DNA of 63,688 nt, counting the filler, from Octopus bimaculoides (lineage: Eukaryota): assembly GCF_001194135.2 (NCBI RefSeq). It is 5 parts of 5 records of this genome, joined end to end, with 100 filler letters (N's around TTAATTAATTAA, not from the genome) between each part and the next. Parts side by side here need not be neighbours in the genome. Positions count along the whole stretch, not along the records: positions 17,244 to 49,115 come from NC_068988.1; 4 more parts are not named here. One strand, given 5' to 3'. The translations under genes and the position numbers were made by a program. Of this stretch, positions 26,154 through 38,839 are shown in pieces. The notes beneath the pieces are model-generated. The model did not search any database and had not been told where the DNA came from. It saw nothing but the letters and a program-made list of their open reading frames with translations. Positions within the stretch are counted from its first letter, which is position 1. Each line of letters starts with the position of its first letter.

Positions 26154-26429
26154 ACACTGCATTACATCCACTATGCTATATACTCTACATTTACAACCCT
26201 GTATGCGCTAGTTTTTTTTTTGTATGCACTTTGCTACATTTTCTATACTACATTGCATTGTATACCTTACATTATCTAACATAAACTACACTGTATACAC
26301 TACACCTATTTTACTAAACTAAAGAATATACACTGTGTACGCTACACTATTCTATAGTCACTGCATACAATATACTCTTTTCTAGTCTAGGCACAAGTTG
26401 ACCTCGGCGAAATTTGAACTCAGAACGTA

Positions 26430-27245
26430 AACTGTTTCATACGTTCTGAGTAATATAAAGCTTTGCTTTGATAAATCCCAAGTTACTTTGGTAGTTGAAA
26501 AGACAAAAATTGAGAAGGTGTATTATATTTGATTCGTGGACACCCAGACTTCTAGTTAGCCCTTGTCTCATACGTGTTGAATGATATAAAGCTTTCCTTT
26601 CATAAGTCCCAAGTTACTTTGGTGATTGAAAAAAATTGGGGAAGTGTGCCAGGGAAGTATATCTTTTGTATCGCATGTCATTGACTAGACAGTCAAGGGG
26701 TTAAAAATGGACATTTAAGAGCATACATGGATATTGAGTAATATAGGTAGTTTCCAGTTAAATGTGGAAGACGTTATCACAACGTACGGTTAGTATTGCC
26801 TTGACATAATCCAGTCTATTCCGGTACAGTATTTCATTGAAGTCATCAATGAGTTCATTTACGTAAAACTACAACACAGAGATAAGATATGTGAACGAAC
26901 TGATATAGTTCAAGTTGTTATCTAACAATTTCAATGTAGTTAATTCAATGAATCTCTATGTCAAATAATCAAAAGGTACTTATAATAGAATAAAGTCAGA
27001 ATTTTTGAAATTCGCCGGTACTTTCTAGTTTATTATCTATAAAATGTGACGCACTTAACCATTTGCCTGTCCTGCATATCACTTGATATATAGGACATAT
27101 TTCCCTGGTGTCCATGCAGCATATACGATACACGGGCCTAATTTTTTTTCAACCATCAGAGTAAACTGGGACTTATGAAAAGAAACCTTTATACTACTCA
27201 CAACGTATGAAGCAAGGGCTAATAAGACGTCTGGTGGGAAGAAAG
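26430..27245. mobile_element. Cluster of piggyBac-like (TTAA) MITE ends
   Basis: gacagtcaagggg|ttaa at 26704 and ttaa|ccatttgcctgtc at 27055. A shared subterminal block lies at 26550-26640 and inverted at 27135-27240, with a third copy at about 26430-26510. Confidence 0.5.
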
Positions 27246-27328
27246 AAAGGCATGGACGTTCGGGACAAAAATATGGAAATTGTTTGGACTGGCAAAAGGT
27301 TAAATGCTACTTAATTATCAATGGTGTA

Positions 27329-27536
27329 GTGGAGGCGCAATGGCCCAGTGCTTAGGGCAGCGGACTCGCGGTCATAGGATCGCGGTTTCGTTGTTCGAAA
27401 AAAGTTCGTTTTCTATGTTTTCGTTTGGTTGATGGAAACTGAAAGAAGCCCGTCGTATGTGTGTGTGTGTCTGTGATCGTCCCCCCAGCATCACTTGATA
27501 ACCGATGCTGATGTGTTCATGTCGCCGTAACTTAGC
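27329..27536 (+). mobile_element. SINE family A tRNA head (27329-27390) followed by a family B internal fragment (27424-27536)
   Basis: gtggaggcgcaatggcccagtg...gatcgcggtttcg, then ggaaactgaaagaagcccgtcg. Confidence 0.7.
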
Positions 27537-27819
27537 ATACTCACACACATACGCACACACGCATGCACACGCACTCACACACGTATCGTTTTTTAGCGAC
27601 AAAAGTTTTTTTTTTTTACGAAAGAAGCTTAGCTAAGCAATCTCCAGACATTTATAGTACAGAAAAAAATATTCAGAACTTATCTCAGAATATCGATAAA
27701 ATAATATCGATTACTGAATTCTCATTAACACCAGAAATGGAAGCTTTGTTCCGTATATTCAAATAAATGTGAACACTATCAGATTTTGCTTCCCGACCCA
27801 CGCGCTTGTGTGTGTGGAG

Positions 27820-27888
<69 letters not shown>

Positions 27889-28114
27889 AATATCTAATAT
27901 ATAACATGCATGCATACATACATACAAACACATATATACACACACACACACACAAACACATATACATGTGTGAGAGTGGATGGGAATACATGGACGAGTG
28001 TGCGCGCGTGGGTTGTGTTTGTAAGGTTGTGTGTAAAATATTAAACATTATAAGGATCATGCTGAGGCAAAAAAAACTATATATATATTTCCAGTTCTCC
28101 ATGCATATAAATGA

Positions 28115-28189
<75 letters not shown>

Positions 28190-28749
28190 TATACTCTAAA
28201 ATACAATAAGAATATTTTCGCGCTAAGTTTCACGGAGTACTCTATGAACTTGAATATAATACTGAATCACAGCGAATTCTGGTATATAACATATATAATA
28301 TACTATAGTCTCCTGCAATATAATATAATGTAATATACAATATAATATAACGTAATATAATATAATATAATATAATATAATATATGATGTCAGCGGAAAG
28401 ATACGTGAAAAAGAAATCAATGTCTATATATGAAAATATATTTACGTATTATATATATTCTCTTGGACATTGATCTATGATTCTGACAGACAAATCATTA
28501 TATAAATATATAAATACGTTTGCTACTTTTATGAACAGGCCCAAAGGGAATAATATTGGAAAATTACTCATTGTTCTTTCGTTGTAGTACATCTCATAAA
28601 CAAAGGCCAGAGCATTTCGTAAACCTCCGAAATACCGTGATTTTAGATACGATCTCTTTCAGTGTAATAATAATAATAATAATAATAATCTATTGCAAAG
28701 TGTTTTGACACGCGTATTTAACTTTATAGACCAGTGGATGAGAGCTTTC

Positions 28750-28794
<45 letters not shown>

Positions 28795-28797
<3 letters not shown>

Positions 28798-29005
28798 GCA
28801 GCGCAAGACCAAGCTTTGGCCACGAATTGGAAGGTCAACCTTAGGAATGAGCAAGTGTCTCCGCTGTGTCGCATCTGTAATAAATGAAACCATTGCCCGT
28901 ATCACGAACGAACGCTCTAGTCTTGACCAAAACCACAAATAGTTGTGGCGGCACGATCAGGTAGCGAAAGTTCTACACTGGAAACTGTGCGAAAAGTGGA
29001 GGCTA
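28795..29005 (+). mobile_element. 5'-truncated R4/Dong-like RLE non-LTR retrotransposon fragment
   Basis: MAAQDQALATNW...SPLCRICNK, frameshift, NETIARITNERSSLDQNHK*LWRHDQVAKVLHWKLCEKW: a decayed CCHC knuckle plus the RHD motif that precedes RLE nucleases. Begins directly after (TAA)n. Confidence 0.8.
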
Positions 29006-29185
29006 GTTTATTGAACATTTGAACCACAAGTTTTCCACAAGTTTAAATATTCATTGCATCCACTGCGGAGTAGATATCAATTTTTAATAAACAATATTAA
29101 TTTGTNNNNNNNNNNNNNNNNNNNNNNNNNNNNNNNNNNNNNNNNNNNNNNNNNNNNNNNNNNNNNNNNNNNNNNNNNNNNNNNN

Positions 29186-29395
29186 TGTGTGTGTGTGTGT
29201 GTGTCTGGGTTTGTCCCCCCAACATCGCTTGACAACCGATGCTGGTGTATTTACGTTTCCGTAAATTAGCGGATCGGCCAAAAAGACCGATAGAATAAGT
29301 ACTTGGCTTACAAAGAATAAGTCCAGGGCTCGATTTGTTCGACTAAAGGTGGTGCTCCAGCAACAAATGACTGAAACAAAAGAATAAAAGAATAA
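29186..29395 (+). mobile_element. SINE family B, 3' half
   Basis: tttgtccccc...gaccgatagaataagtact...atgactgaaac. Confidence 0.8.
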
Positions 29396-29865
29396 AATTG
29401 ATTTCGTTGGTATGGTTGTTTGGAACGCTATAAGCCTTACAATAATAACTATGTGATCGCTGCTATTTCTAGTAGACTAAACGTAGTTGGGTTACTTTGA
29501 TGTTTGCTTAAATTAGAGATATTTTACAACTACGATAAATGACTAAAAGAAATATTTACTAAGCAAGTGAGATTTTTTTTATAAATTGAAGTTTTCGGGA
29601 AAATTTACTTTCTGAACTTCCTTTTATTATTGAATATATCAAGTTCACAAATTTAAATATTCGGTACAAGATAGTTTTTTAACGAGCTTTTATTTATACG
29701 ATTTTTTATTTCACGTTTATTTCATTCATTGTTTGCAATGGTCTCTTTTCCCCCTCTCTTCTCGCTTTCTCTCTCTCTCTCTCATACACACACACTGTCT
29801 CTCTCATATAAACACACACACACACACTCTAAATTTGATTTCGTCATTACACAAANNNNNNNNNN

Positions 29866-29918
<53 letters not shown>

Positions 29919-30433
29919 AATTGTTTTCATTAATAATAATTTACTTAATATATATTCATTGCAATGTTTTTCATTTCCAGTTTTTTTCATCATTTCAGAT
30001 GAGGAAATCAGGTACTTTGTTGACTTAAATTCGCTGTGTATACATACTGAAAAAAAAATTATATTGGACAGCTTATTAAAACTTCCTGAAGCTTCGAACT
30101 CATGTGACTTATTTCCTTTTCGTCGTTATCTAAGAATTATCTAGTGAATTTTTGCTATCGCTATTTGATATGCTATAGGTATTAAAATATCTGTATGTGA
30201 TCGCTGATATGTTTTTTCTCACACTAAACGTAGTTGGATTACCTGGCTGTTTGTTTAAAAAAGAGAGATTATGACTGCAGTAAAATAGTGAAAGCAATAT
30301 TTACTAAGCAAATGAATACTATTATACAAAGAAGCAATTAGACTAAAATATCATAAAAATTATTAGAATTGGGAATCAAATGTGAAAATATCATCAAATG
30401 GCTAGTATATATAATATAATATAGTATAATATA

Positions 30434-30472
<39 letters not shown>

Positions 30473-30473
30473 G

Positions 30474-30541
<68 letters not shown>

Positions 30542-31091
30542 GTGGGTGTATTTATGTATGTATGTATATATATATATATATATTATATACACACACATAC
30601 ATAAATATATAAAGTGCCTGTATATGTGTGTGTATGTGTGCATGCGTGCGTGTATGTGTGTAGTTGTGTATGTATGCGTGTGATGTGTGTTTATGTATAC
30701 ATACACACAGGCATACGTATGTACTCACATACACATGGCGTCTGTTTGTATTCTTATCAACTTATTCGTATATTATTTTGCAATCCTTTCCTGGCTACCA
30801 AAGAAAACTGCTACTTACTATGGTTACCGACTGGTTAGTTGTCGAAGGGGTTACATGTTATTAAAGACCATTTACATTTTCAGTGAAACACTAAGTGTGA
30901 CAGCTTACGGACCTACGCCCACTTATTATTATTATGAGAAGGATTATGATAGCTCTTATCTGATCCAGACTACAAGCACAATGTTTCAGCTGCTTAAGAA
31001 ATACTCTGGTTTCAGTTTATGGAAACCATCACTGGACATAAAACGAGTAAATATTCTTCTAGGCTCTTCTCTGAGTAACAGATATGTATTA

Positions 31092-31235
31092 ATTCTTCTT
31101 TTTGAAATAGTGAATTTCCAAGCACATAAAAACTACAAATAAGAGCAAATTGGATTGAGAATCACTTTTGGAGGTTAGTAAAAAGTCGAAGACTTTATGT
31201 GCGCTTCGAAATTCACTATTCCAAAAAAAAGAAAA
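31092..31235. mobile_element. Small MITE-like inverted repeat (arms about 35 bp)
   Basis: ttgaaatagtgaatttccaagcacataaa / tttatgtgcgcttcgaaattcactattccaa. Confidence 0.5.
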
Positions 31236-31307
31236 ATCGAATTATTTCACATCATGTCGACAGTTTATAAAAGATAGATAGATAGACAAACAGACAGACA
31301 GACAGAC

Positions 31308-31342
<35 letters not shown>

Positions 31343-31344
<2 letters not shown>

Positions 31345-31478
31345 CGGGCATCTTTCAGCTTCTGTCTACCAAATCCATTCACAAGGCCTTGGTTGGCCCG
31401 AAGCTATAGTAGACGACACCTGAACCCGGAATCATGTGGCTGTGAAGTAGACTTCTTACCACAGAACCATGCCTGGGC
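31343..31478 (-). mobile_element. SINE family B, 5' half
   Basis: ctaccaaatccattcacaaggccttggttggcccgaagctatagtagacgacac. Confidence 0.7.
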
Positions 31479-31784
31479 TTGTGTGTGTTGTGTGTGTGTG
31501 TGTGTATGTTTATATATGTATTATATAATTTAAAATACATATCACACATACATGCATACATTTGGATGAATGGATCTCTGTCAGTTTCGACGATGAGGAT
31601 TCAGATGTTGGATCAACTGAACTACCTACTCATTGAATTAATTAGTGGCTGCATGAAATGTCATTTGCCCAACAAACCATGCAGGGAGAGCGAACATGGT
31701 CTTCGTTATTAGCGAAGCGAACTTCTAAGCTATTCGGCCATAATGTGCCTACACACAAACACACACACACGCACACATGCACAA

Positions 31785-31838
<54 letters not shown>

Positions 31839-32009
31839 NNNNNNNNNNNNNNNNNNNNNNNNNNNNNNNNNNNNNNNNNNNNNNNNNNNNNNNNNNNNNN
31901 NNNNNNNNNNNNNNNNNNNNNNNNNNNNNNNNNNNNNNNNNNNNNNNNNNNNNNNNNNNNNNNNNNNNNNNNNNNNNNNNCAAGTTCGATCTGACGTGAC
32001 TTAAGCCTT

Positions 32010-32040
<31 letters not shown>

Positions 32041-32151
32041 TCCTTTATGCGTTTATTATTAATTTCTGCACAACTGGGACTCACTTTTTAAACAACAAAC
32101 AATTTTCAAGTTTAGCTACAAACTAGGTTTGATTTATTTATCTATTATTTC

Positions 32152-32206
<55 letters not shown>

Positions 32207-33071
32207 NNNNNNNNNNNNNNNNNNNNNNNNNNNNNNNNNNNNNNNNNNNNNNNNNNNNNNNNNNNNNNNNNNNNNNNNNNNNNNNNNNNNNNNNNNNNNN
32301 NNNNNNNNNNNNNNNNNNNNNNNNNNNNNNNNNNNNNNNNNNNNNNNNNNNNNNNNNNNNNNNNNNNNNNNNNNNNNNNNNNNNNNNNNNNNNNNNNNNN
32401 NNNNNNNNNNNNNNNNNNNNNNNNNNNNNNNNNNNNNNNNNNNNNNNNNNNNNNNNNNNNNNNNNNNNNNNNNNNNNNNNNNNNNNNNNNNNNNNNNNNN
32501 NNNNNNNNNNNNNNNNNNNNNNNNNNNNNNNNNNNNNNNNNNNNNNNNNNNNNNNNNNNNNNNNNNNNNNNNNNNNNNNNNNNNNNNNNNNNNNNNNNNN
32601 NNNNNNNNNNNNNNNNNNNNNNNNNNNNNNNNNNNNNNNNNNNNNNNNNNNNNNNNNNNNNNNNNNNNNNNNNNNNNNNNNNNNNNNNNNNNNNNNNNNN
32701 NNNNNNNNNNNNNNNNNNNNNNNNNNNNNNNNNNNNNNNNNNNNNNNNNNNNNNNNNNNNNNNNNNNNNNNNNNNNNNNNNNNNNNNNNNNNNNNNNNNN
32801 NNNNNNNNNNNNNNNNNNNNNNNNNNNNNNNNNNNNNNNNNNNNNNNNNNNNNNNNNNNNNNNNNNNNNNNNNNNNNNNNNNNNNNNNNNNNNNNNNNNN
32901 NNNNNNNNNNNNNNNNNNNNNNNNNNNNNNNNNNNNNNNNNNNNNNNNNNNNNNNNNNNNNNNNNNNNNNNNNNNNNNNNNNNNNNNNNNNNNNNNNNNN
33001 NNNNNNNNNNNNNNNNNNNNNNNNNNNNNNNNNNNNNNNNNNNNNNNNNNNNNNNNNNNNNNNNNNNNNNN

Positions 33072-33426
33072 TTGTGAGTGTTTATTGAGCGAAAACACCT
33101 AAAGCTCCACGAGGCTCCGGCAGGGGATGATTGCGAACCCTGCTATACTCTTTCACCACAACTTTCTCTCACTCTTACTTCCTGTTTCTGTTGTACCTGT
33201 ATTTCAAAGGGCCGCCCTGTTACACTGTGTCACGCTGAATATCCCCGAGAACTACGTTAAGGGTACACGTGTCTGTGGAGTGCTCAGCCACTTGCACGTT
33301 AATTTCCCGAGCAGGCTGTTCCGNNNNNNNNNNGCCACTTGCACGTTAATTTCCCGAGCAGGCTGTTCCGTTGATCGGATCAACTGGAACCCTCGACGTC
33401 GTAAGCGACGGAGTGCCAACAACAAC
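33072..33426 (+). mobile_element. SINE family A (head lies in the gap)
   Basis: Matches 34801-35265; a 10-N gap at 33324-33333 has duplicated flanks. Confidence 0.85.
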
Positions 33427-33519
33427 TGAGAGAGGAAGACGGATGGTAAATGTATTACTGTATTTGAGATGTATCTCGTTTTGCTCGGAGTTCAAATCTT
33501 GCTGAGACTCACCATGTCC

Positions 33520-33965
33520 TTTATTCTTCCATTCGGTTTTCGCGCCTATCCTCACCTTTGGTCATGAATGTCGGGTAATGACCGAAAGGGTACGATCGTG
33601 AATACAAGCGACTGAAATGGATTTCCTCCAAAATATCTCTGGTCTAACGTTACTTGATAGGGAGTATTGTTTGAGGATCAGGGAGTCTCTCCAGGTCGAT
33701 CCGCTACCTTTTTCACACTAAGAGGTCTCGGCTCTGATACTACGGACGTGATTAGAATGTCGCAGAAAAAAAAATTGCAAGACAGATTCTTCAAGGTGAG
33801 CCAGTCAGCAGGAAACCTAAAGGTAGACCAAGAACAAGATGGTGGAATGACATACATAGTCTCAGTTGGTTGCACTTGGGAATCCATAAGTCTAATGTTG
33901 TTTGCTTCTGGTATGACCCTATAAAAGACGTGCTTGGGGACTCTACTCCCACGACCCTCTCAACA
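33520..33965 (+). mobile_element. Decayed RTE-clade LINE, 3' end of ORF
   Basis: FHSVFAPILTFGHECRVMTERVRS*IQATEMDFLQNISGLTLLDR...VIRMSQ...RWNDIHSLSWLHLGI...LLPRP, with stops and frameshifts; these are typical RTE C-terminal motifs. Confidence 0.8.
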
Positions 33966-34084
33966 ATATAGGGTGGAGATCAAGGATGGATTGCTTCTAC
34001 TGGGACCGATTTAATCGACTAACTCCCCACCTACACACACACACACACACACATTTCTAGCCTTGTACCTATATTTCACATTAT

Positions 34085-34265
34085 TTAGGTGAACTGCACA
34101 AGTAGTTAGTGTCGCACAAAACAACGATCCAGTATTTTCGTTCTGAGTTTAAATACCTCCAACGTCGACTTTGCCTTTCATCCCAACTAGGTTAATAAAA
34201 TAAAGTACCAGTCGAATACTGGGTGCGACTTGGTCTGCCCTAAATATTTGGCCTTGTGTCTATGT
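34085..34265 (+). mobile_element. SINE family C, degenerate
   Basis: gttctgagtttaaatacc...gtcgactttgcctttcatcc...ggccttgtgtc. Confidence 0.6.
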
Positions 34266-34763
34266 TAGAAAAGATTATTATTAGAACAACAAAAGTTGTA
34301 AAATGGCTAAAATAACATCATAGGCTTATTCCATTTGATAACTGAAGGTTTTATCTCTCTCCTTTGTTACCTTAGTAATATCAAAATTTATATTTCGTTC
34401 TGAGCCGAAATCTTGTCGATATCACTCGTGTTCTTCATCCTTATGGGATCGATAAAATAAACTACAATTCAATCAGAGAAATTGATTTGATTAACTATTA
34501 TCTTTTAATCTATGTTTCTGGCTTGAATCTACGTTATAAATCCCAATTACAAGAATTTTGAAGTAACAATGGCTGGAAGAGGCGGCAAAACAGCGGTTTT
34601 AGTTACGTTCTGAGGTTAAGTCCTGTCTTTTAATTCCTATGGAGTCGATTGAAAAGAAAAGAAAATGGGTAAATAAATCGCCTTGCCTCGTTGTGGCTAG
34701 TTATATTTTAACGTCCAGAGTTTAACTTCCGCTTTAGTTTTCTTTTCATACTTCTGATGCTAA

Positions 34764-35612
34764 CAAGCGTGGCTGCTTAGTAAGAAGTTTGCTTCATAAT
34801 TGTGGAGGCGCAATGGCCCAGTGGTTAGGGCAGCGGACTCGCGGTCATAGGATCGCGGTTTCGATTCCCAGACCGGGCGTTGTGAGTGTTTATTGAGNNN
34901 NNNNNNNCGGACTCGCGGTCATAGGATCGCGGTTTCGATTCCCAGACCGGGCGTTGTGAGTGTTTATTGAGCGAAAACACCACGAGGCTCCACGAGGCTC
35001 CGGCAGCGGATGGTGGCAAACCCTGCTGTACTCTATCACCACAACTTTTTCTCACTCTTACTTCCTGTTTCTGTTGTGCCTGTAATTCAAAGGGTCAGCC
35101 TTGTTGCAGTCTGTCACGCTGAATATCCCCAAGAACTACGTTAAGGGTACACGTGTCTGTGGAGTGCTCAGCCACTTGCACGTTAATTTCACGAGCAGGC
35201 TGTTCCGTTGATCGGATCAACTGGAACCCTCGACGTCGTAAGCGACGGAGTGCCAACAACAACAAGCTTCATAATCAAATAGTCTGGGGTTGAGTCCCAC
35301 TGCCTAATACCTTAGTCAAGTATTTTTGTACTATAACCTCGGTCCAATCAAAACCTTCTGAGTGGATCTAGCAGACGGAAACTAAAAGAAGCCTGTCGTA
35401 TATGTGTGTGTTTGTCTTTGTTCCCCACCCGCACCGCTTGACATCTGGTGTTGGTTGGTATACGTTCCCGCAACTCGGCAAAAAGAAAATGATCGAATAA
35501 GTACCCGACTTCACAAAAATAAGTACTGGGGTAGATTTGTTCGATTAAACCTTTCCAGGTGGTGCCTCAGCATGGCTGCCGTCCAATGACTGCGCACAAG
35601 TAAAAGATAAGT
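34764..35612 (+). mobile_element. SINE family B interrupted by a family A insertion
   Basis: Head gcgtggctgcttagtaagaagtttgcttc at 34767 resumes after 35266 with gagtcccactgcc...ccttagtcaagt and runs to the tail. Confidence 0.75.
34801..35265 (+). mobile_element. SINE family A, full length, tRNA-like head, 10-bp TSD
   Basis: A-box tggcccagtggtt and B-box ggtttcgattcc, (CAA)n tail, TSD gcttcataat at 34791-34800 and 35266-35275. A 10-N artefact duplication lies at 34898-34907. Confidence 0.9.
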
Positions 35613-35693
35613 ATATAAATACCAGTTATACTCTAAAATAAGAGTACTCAATATCCAATAAATCTCTGGCATATTAACAGCGAATAGTCAGTT

Positions 35694-35742
<49 letters not shown>

Positions 35743-35764
35743 NNNNNNNNNNNNNNNNNNNNNN

Positions 35765-35802
<38 letters not shown>

Positions 35803-35934
35803 GATGTACTAATGTACTAATGTACTATATTTAGACTTATCTTTTGATTTGATTTTTGTGAAAAGCAAACACATGTCCGGTTTCTCACTCTAGGTCCGTG
35901 AAAATTTGTATTGATTTAATGTATGCTACTAGAA

Positions 35935-36222
35935 CATAGGTTCTCAAAGTGTGCGCTGAGACGGTCCAGGTGGGCGTTGGGAGACAGTAGAGAAAAAAGG
36001 AGGCATTAGGAGGAAGGCAGCAGATTGGGGGACGCTATGAATTTATTATAATATTATAGTATTGTATACAAATTATATAATACATTAAATATTAAATGAT
36101 TCATAGCATATATAAATTAGTAAATTATAAAATATTTATTTATACATAAAAATAGGGGCGGGGCACTGAGGATATTGTGTGGCTATGAGGGGGCGGTGGC
36201 CCAAAATGTTTGAGAACCTCTG
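35935..36222. mobile_element. hAT-family MITE with an 8-bp TSD
   Basis: TIRs cataggttctcaaa / tttgagaacctctg. TSD tactagaa at 35927-35934 and 36223-36230, with the central CTAG typical of Charlie-type targets. Confidence 0.9.
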
Positions 36223-37260
36223 TACTAGAACAATGGTCTTTTACTCGCTTCCCCGTCGCAGATCTATTCCTGTTGCAATTACCATCTCATCGTTATCACC
36301 CTCTCTTGCTCTACTAAATAGCCTATAATCGATCCTCTTCACTATCTTTAAAATGATGGAAATAATCAAACATTTCTTTATAACCTGGTTTTTCTCTCAG
36401 TTTTCAGTAACCATTACTACCATTTTTGTACTATGACTCGATTCTATTCCCGATGGTTTTACACTGATAAACTCTCGCCTTTAAGGGTTTGGGCGAAAGC
36501 AATACTGATACTGCTGAGAGCAGCGAAGTCCTTACCTGAAACTAAGCTTCCTAGTGGCCATCGGTCATAGGTCTCCTTGATAAAAGATCGATATACAACA
36601 AAACAGCAACATAACAACTTAAATACAAGGGAACTTATACGTGGTAGCGCACCGTCTTGGAAAAAGGAGCTAAATTTACCCCAAATCACACACGACCATT
36701 TTCAAAGAATTCTCGCAAGGAAATAGGTTGGGTGGTCACGGTTAGAATACTATTGATCATATGTTTAGTTGGTCATATGTCTAGTTGGACTAAACAACGA
36801 CTATAATCACCTAGACTTTAGTTTTGATGTTGCTGGACAAACATGGCGGTTTTTGACAATTGAACACACGGAGGTCTTTAAAGTGGTTACTATCCCTCAA
36901 ATATTCCCACCACCACCACCACCACTACCCTCATCACCATCTAAAATCTTAGGGAAGGAACGAGACACTGGATGAAATGGCCAGTGGCAATAGTAGAAAG
37001 TACTAACCCCAAAGCTGTATTGGGATTTCATCAGCGATAATTATAGACCGAGTTTTTAACTGTCCACGGAAACACTGCTTATAAATCTACTATTACTATA
37101 GAAAGGCTTAGATAAATCACTATATCCGCTTTATTTAAGCTGTTCAGTAAGTGTTCGTTTATAAGCGGTGTCTGATCCTTCATTTTGTTCACGAGGATAT
37201 AGTCTATACAGACAAGCTGTTTACATCTATCTATACATAGAATGTTCGTTAAAAATCTAG

Positions 37261-37416
37261 AGGTGTGGCTCGATAGCGGAAGTCCTGCTTTTCATCCACG
37301 TGGTTTCGGGTTCAGTGTTACTGCGTAGCACCTTGGATGAGTGCCTTCTGCTCTGGCCCCTGGCTGACCAAAGCTTTATGAACGGATTTGGTAGATCGAA
37401 ACTGAAAGAAGCCCGT
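37261..37416 (+). mobile_element. SINE family B, 5' half
   Basis: ggttcagtgttactgcgtagcaccttggatgagtgcc...gaaactgaaagaagcccgt. Confidence 0.7.
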
Positions 37417-38049
37417 AGTATCGTGAATTACTCGAAATGTGGAGTACATTAACAGCCGACATCTGATGAAGGGTCGTTCTTTATGTTAATTGTCTTGTTT
37501 TCCATTTCTTTCTCTCGATGTTCGTATACCCAGGTTTGCTTTNNNNNNNNNNNNNNNNNNNNNNNNNNNNNNNNNNNNNNNNNNNNNNNNNNNNNNNNNN
37601 NNNNNNNNNNNNNNNNNNNNNNNNNNNNNNNNNNNNNNNNNNNNNNNNNNNNNNNNNNNNNNNNNNNNNNNNNNNNNNNNNNNNNNNNNNNNNNNNNNNN
37701 NNNNNNNNNNNNNNNNNNNNNNNNNNNNNNNNNNNNNNNNNNNNNNNNNNNNNNNNNNNNNNNNNNNNNNNNNNNNNNNNNNNNNNNNNNNNNNNNNNNN
37801 NNNNNNNNNNNNNNNNNNNNNNNNNNNNNNNNNNNNNNNNNNNNNNNNNNNNNNNNNNNNNNNNNNNNNNNNNNNNNNNNNNNNNNNNNNNNNNNNNNNN
37901 NNNNNNNNNNNNNNNNNNNNNNNNNNNNNNNNNNNNNNNNNNNNNNNNNNNNNNNNNNNNNNNNNNNNNNNNNNNNNNNNNNNNNNNNNNNNNNNNNNNN
38001 NNNNNNNNNNNNNNNNNNNNNNNNNNNNNNNNNNNNNNNNNNNNNNNNN

Positions 38050-38089
<40 letters not shown>

Positions 38090-38478
38090 TGTGTGTGTGT
38101 GTCTGTGTGTGTGTGTGTGTGTGTGTAATATAAATAATAAAGTGTATGGAGACTTGTACATCAACAAAATTTATTTTCTAGTAATATACAACATATTATA
38201 ATGACCTGCACGTCTATCCGCTGCAGTGACTACTCGCTATTGCAAATGCAACCTTGCAATATTGTCAGAGCAGCTCCATCAGGGTCCGTCCGTTTTGTCA
38301 TCCTCGAAGTGAACTGATTGAAGTAAATTTTGGTTAGTTAGTGCTGTGTGGGAGGATGTTGCTACTTATTGGTCTGTGCTGCTGACCTCAAATTCACGTC
38401 AGTTGATGTCCGTAATCAAGGTTGTCATTGTTGTTTTTATAAGATTCTTTGTTCGTTTTATTGGTCGTAAGTGTTATG

Positions 38479-38514
<36 letters not shown>

Positions 38515-38839
38515 NNNNNNNNNNNNNNNNNNNNNNNNNNNNNNNNNNNNNNNNNNNNNNNNNNNNNNNNNNNNNNNNNNNNNNNNNNNNNNNNNNNNNN
38601 NNNNNNNNNNNNNNNNNNNNNNNNNNNNNNNNNNNNNNNNNNNNNNNNNNNNNNNNNNNNNNNNNNNNNNNNNNNNNNNNNNNNNNNNNNNNNNNNNNNN
38701 NNNNNNNNNNNNNNNNNNNNNNNNNNNNNNNNNNNNNNNNNNNNNNNNNNNNNNNNNNNNNNNNNNNNNNNNNNNNNNNNNNNNNNNNNNNNNNNNNNNN
38801 NNNNNNNNNNNNNNNNNNNNNNNNNNNNNNNNNATGTAT

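Noticed and set aside
34801-34875. tRNA-like sequences (also at 27329, 41250, 42217, 48564 and 3018)
   Set aside because: These are SINE heads continuing into SINE bodies, with no complete acceptor stem; they are not tRNA genes.
37425-37475. GAAA...CTGATGA arrangement resembling a type II hammerhead
   Set aside because: Stem I cannot form beyond one pair and no GAAA follows CTGATGA; the evidence is insufficient.
38260-38320. Alternative phase-1 first-exon candidate MTKRTDPDGAALTILQ on the minus strand
   Set aside because: The donor GTTGCA is poor, making it weaker than the 39402 candidate.
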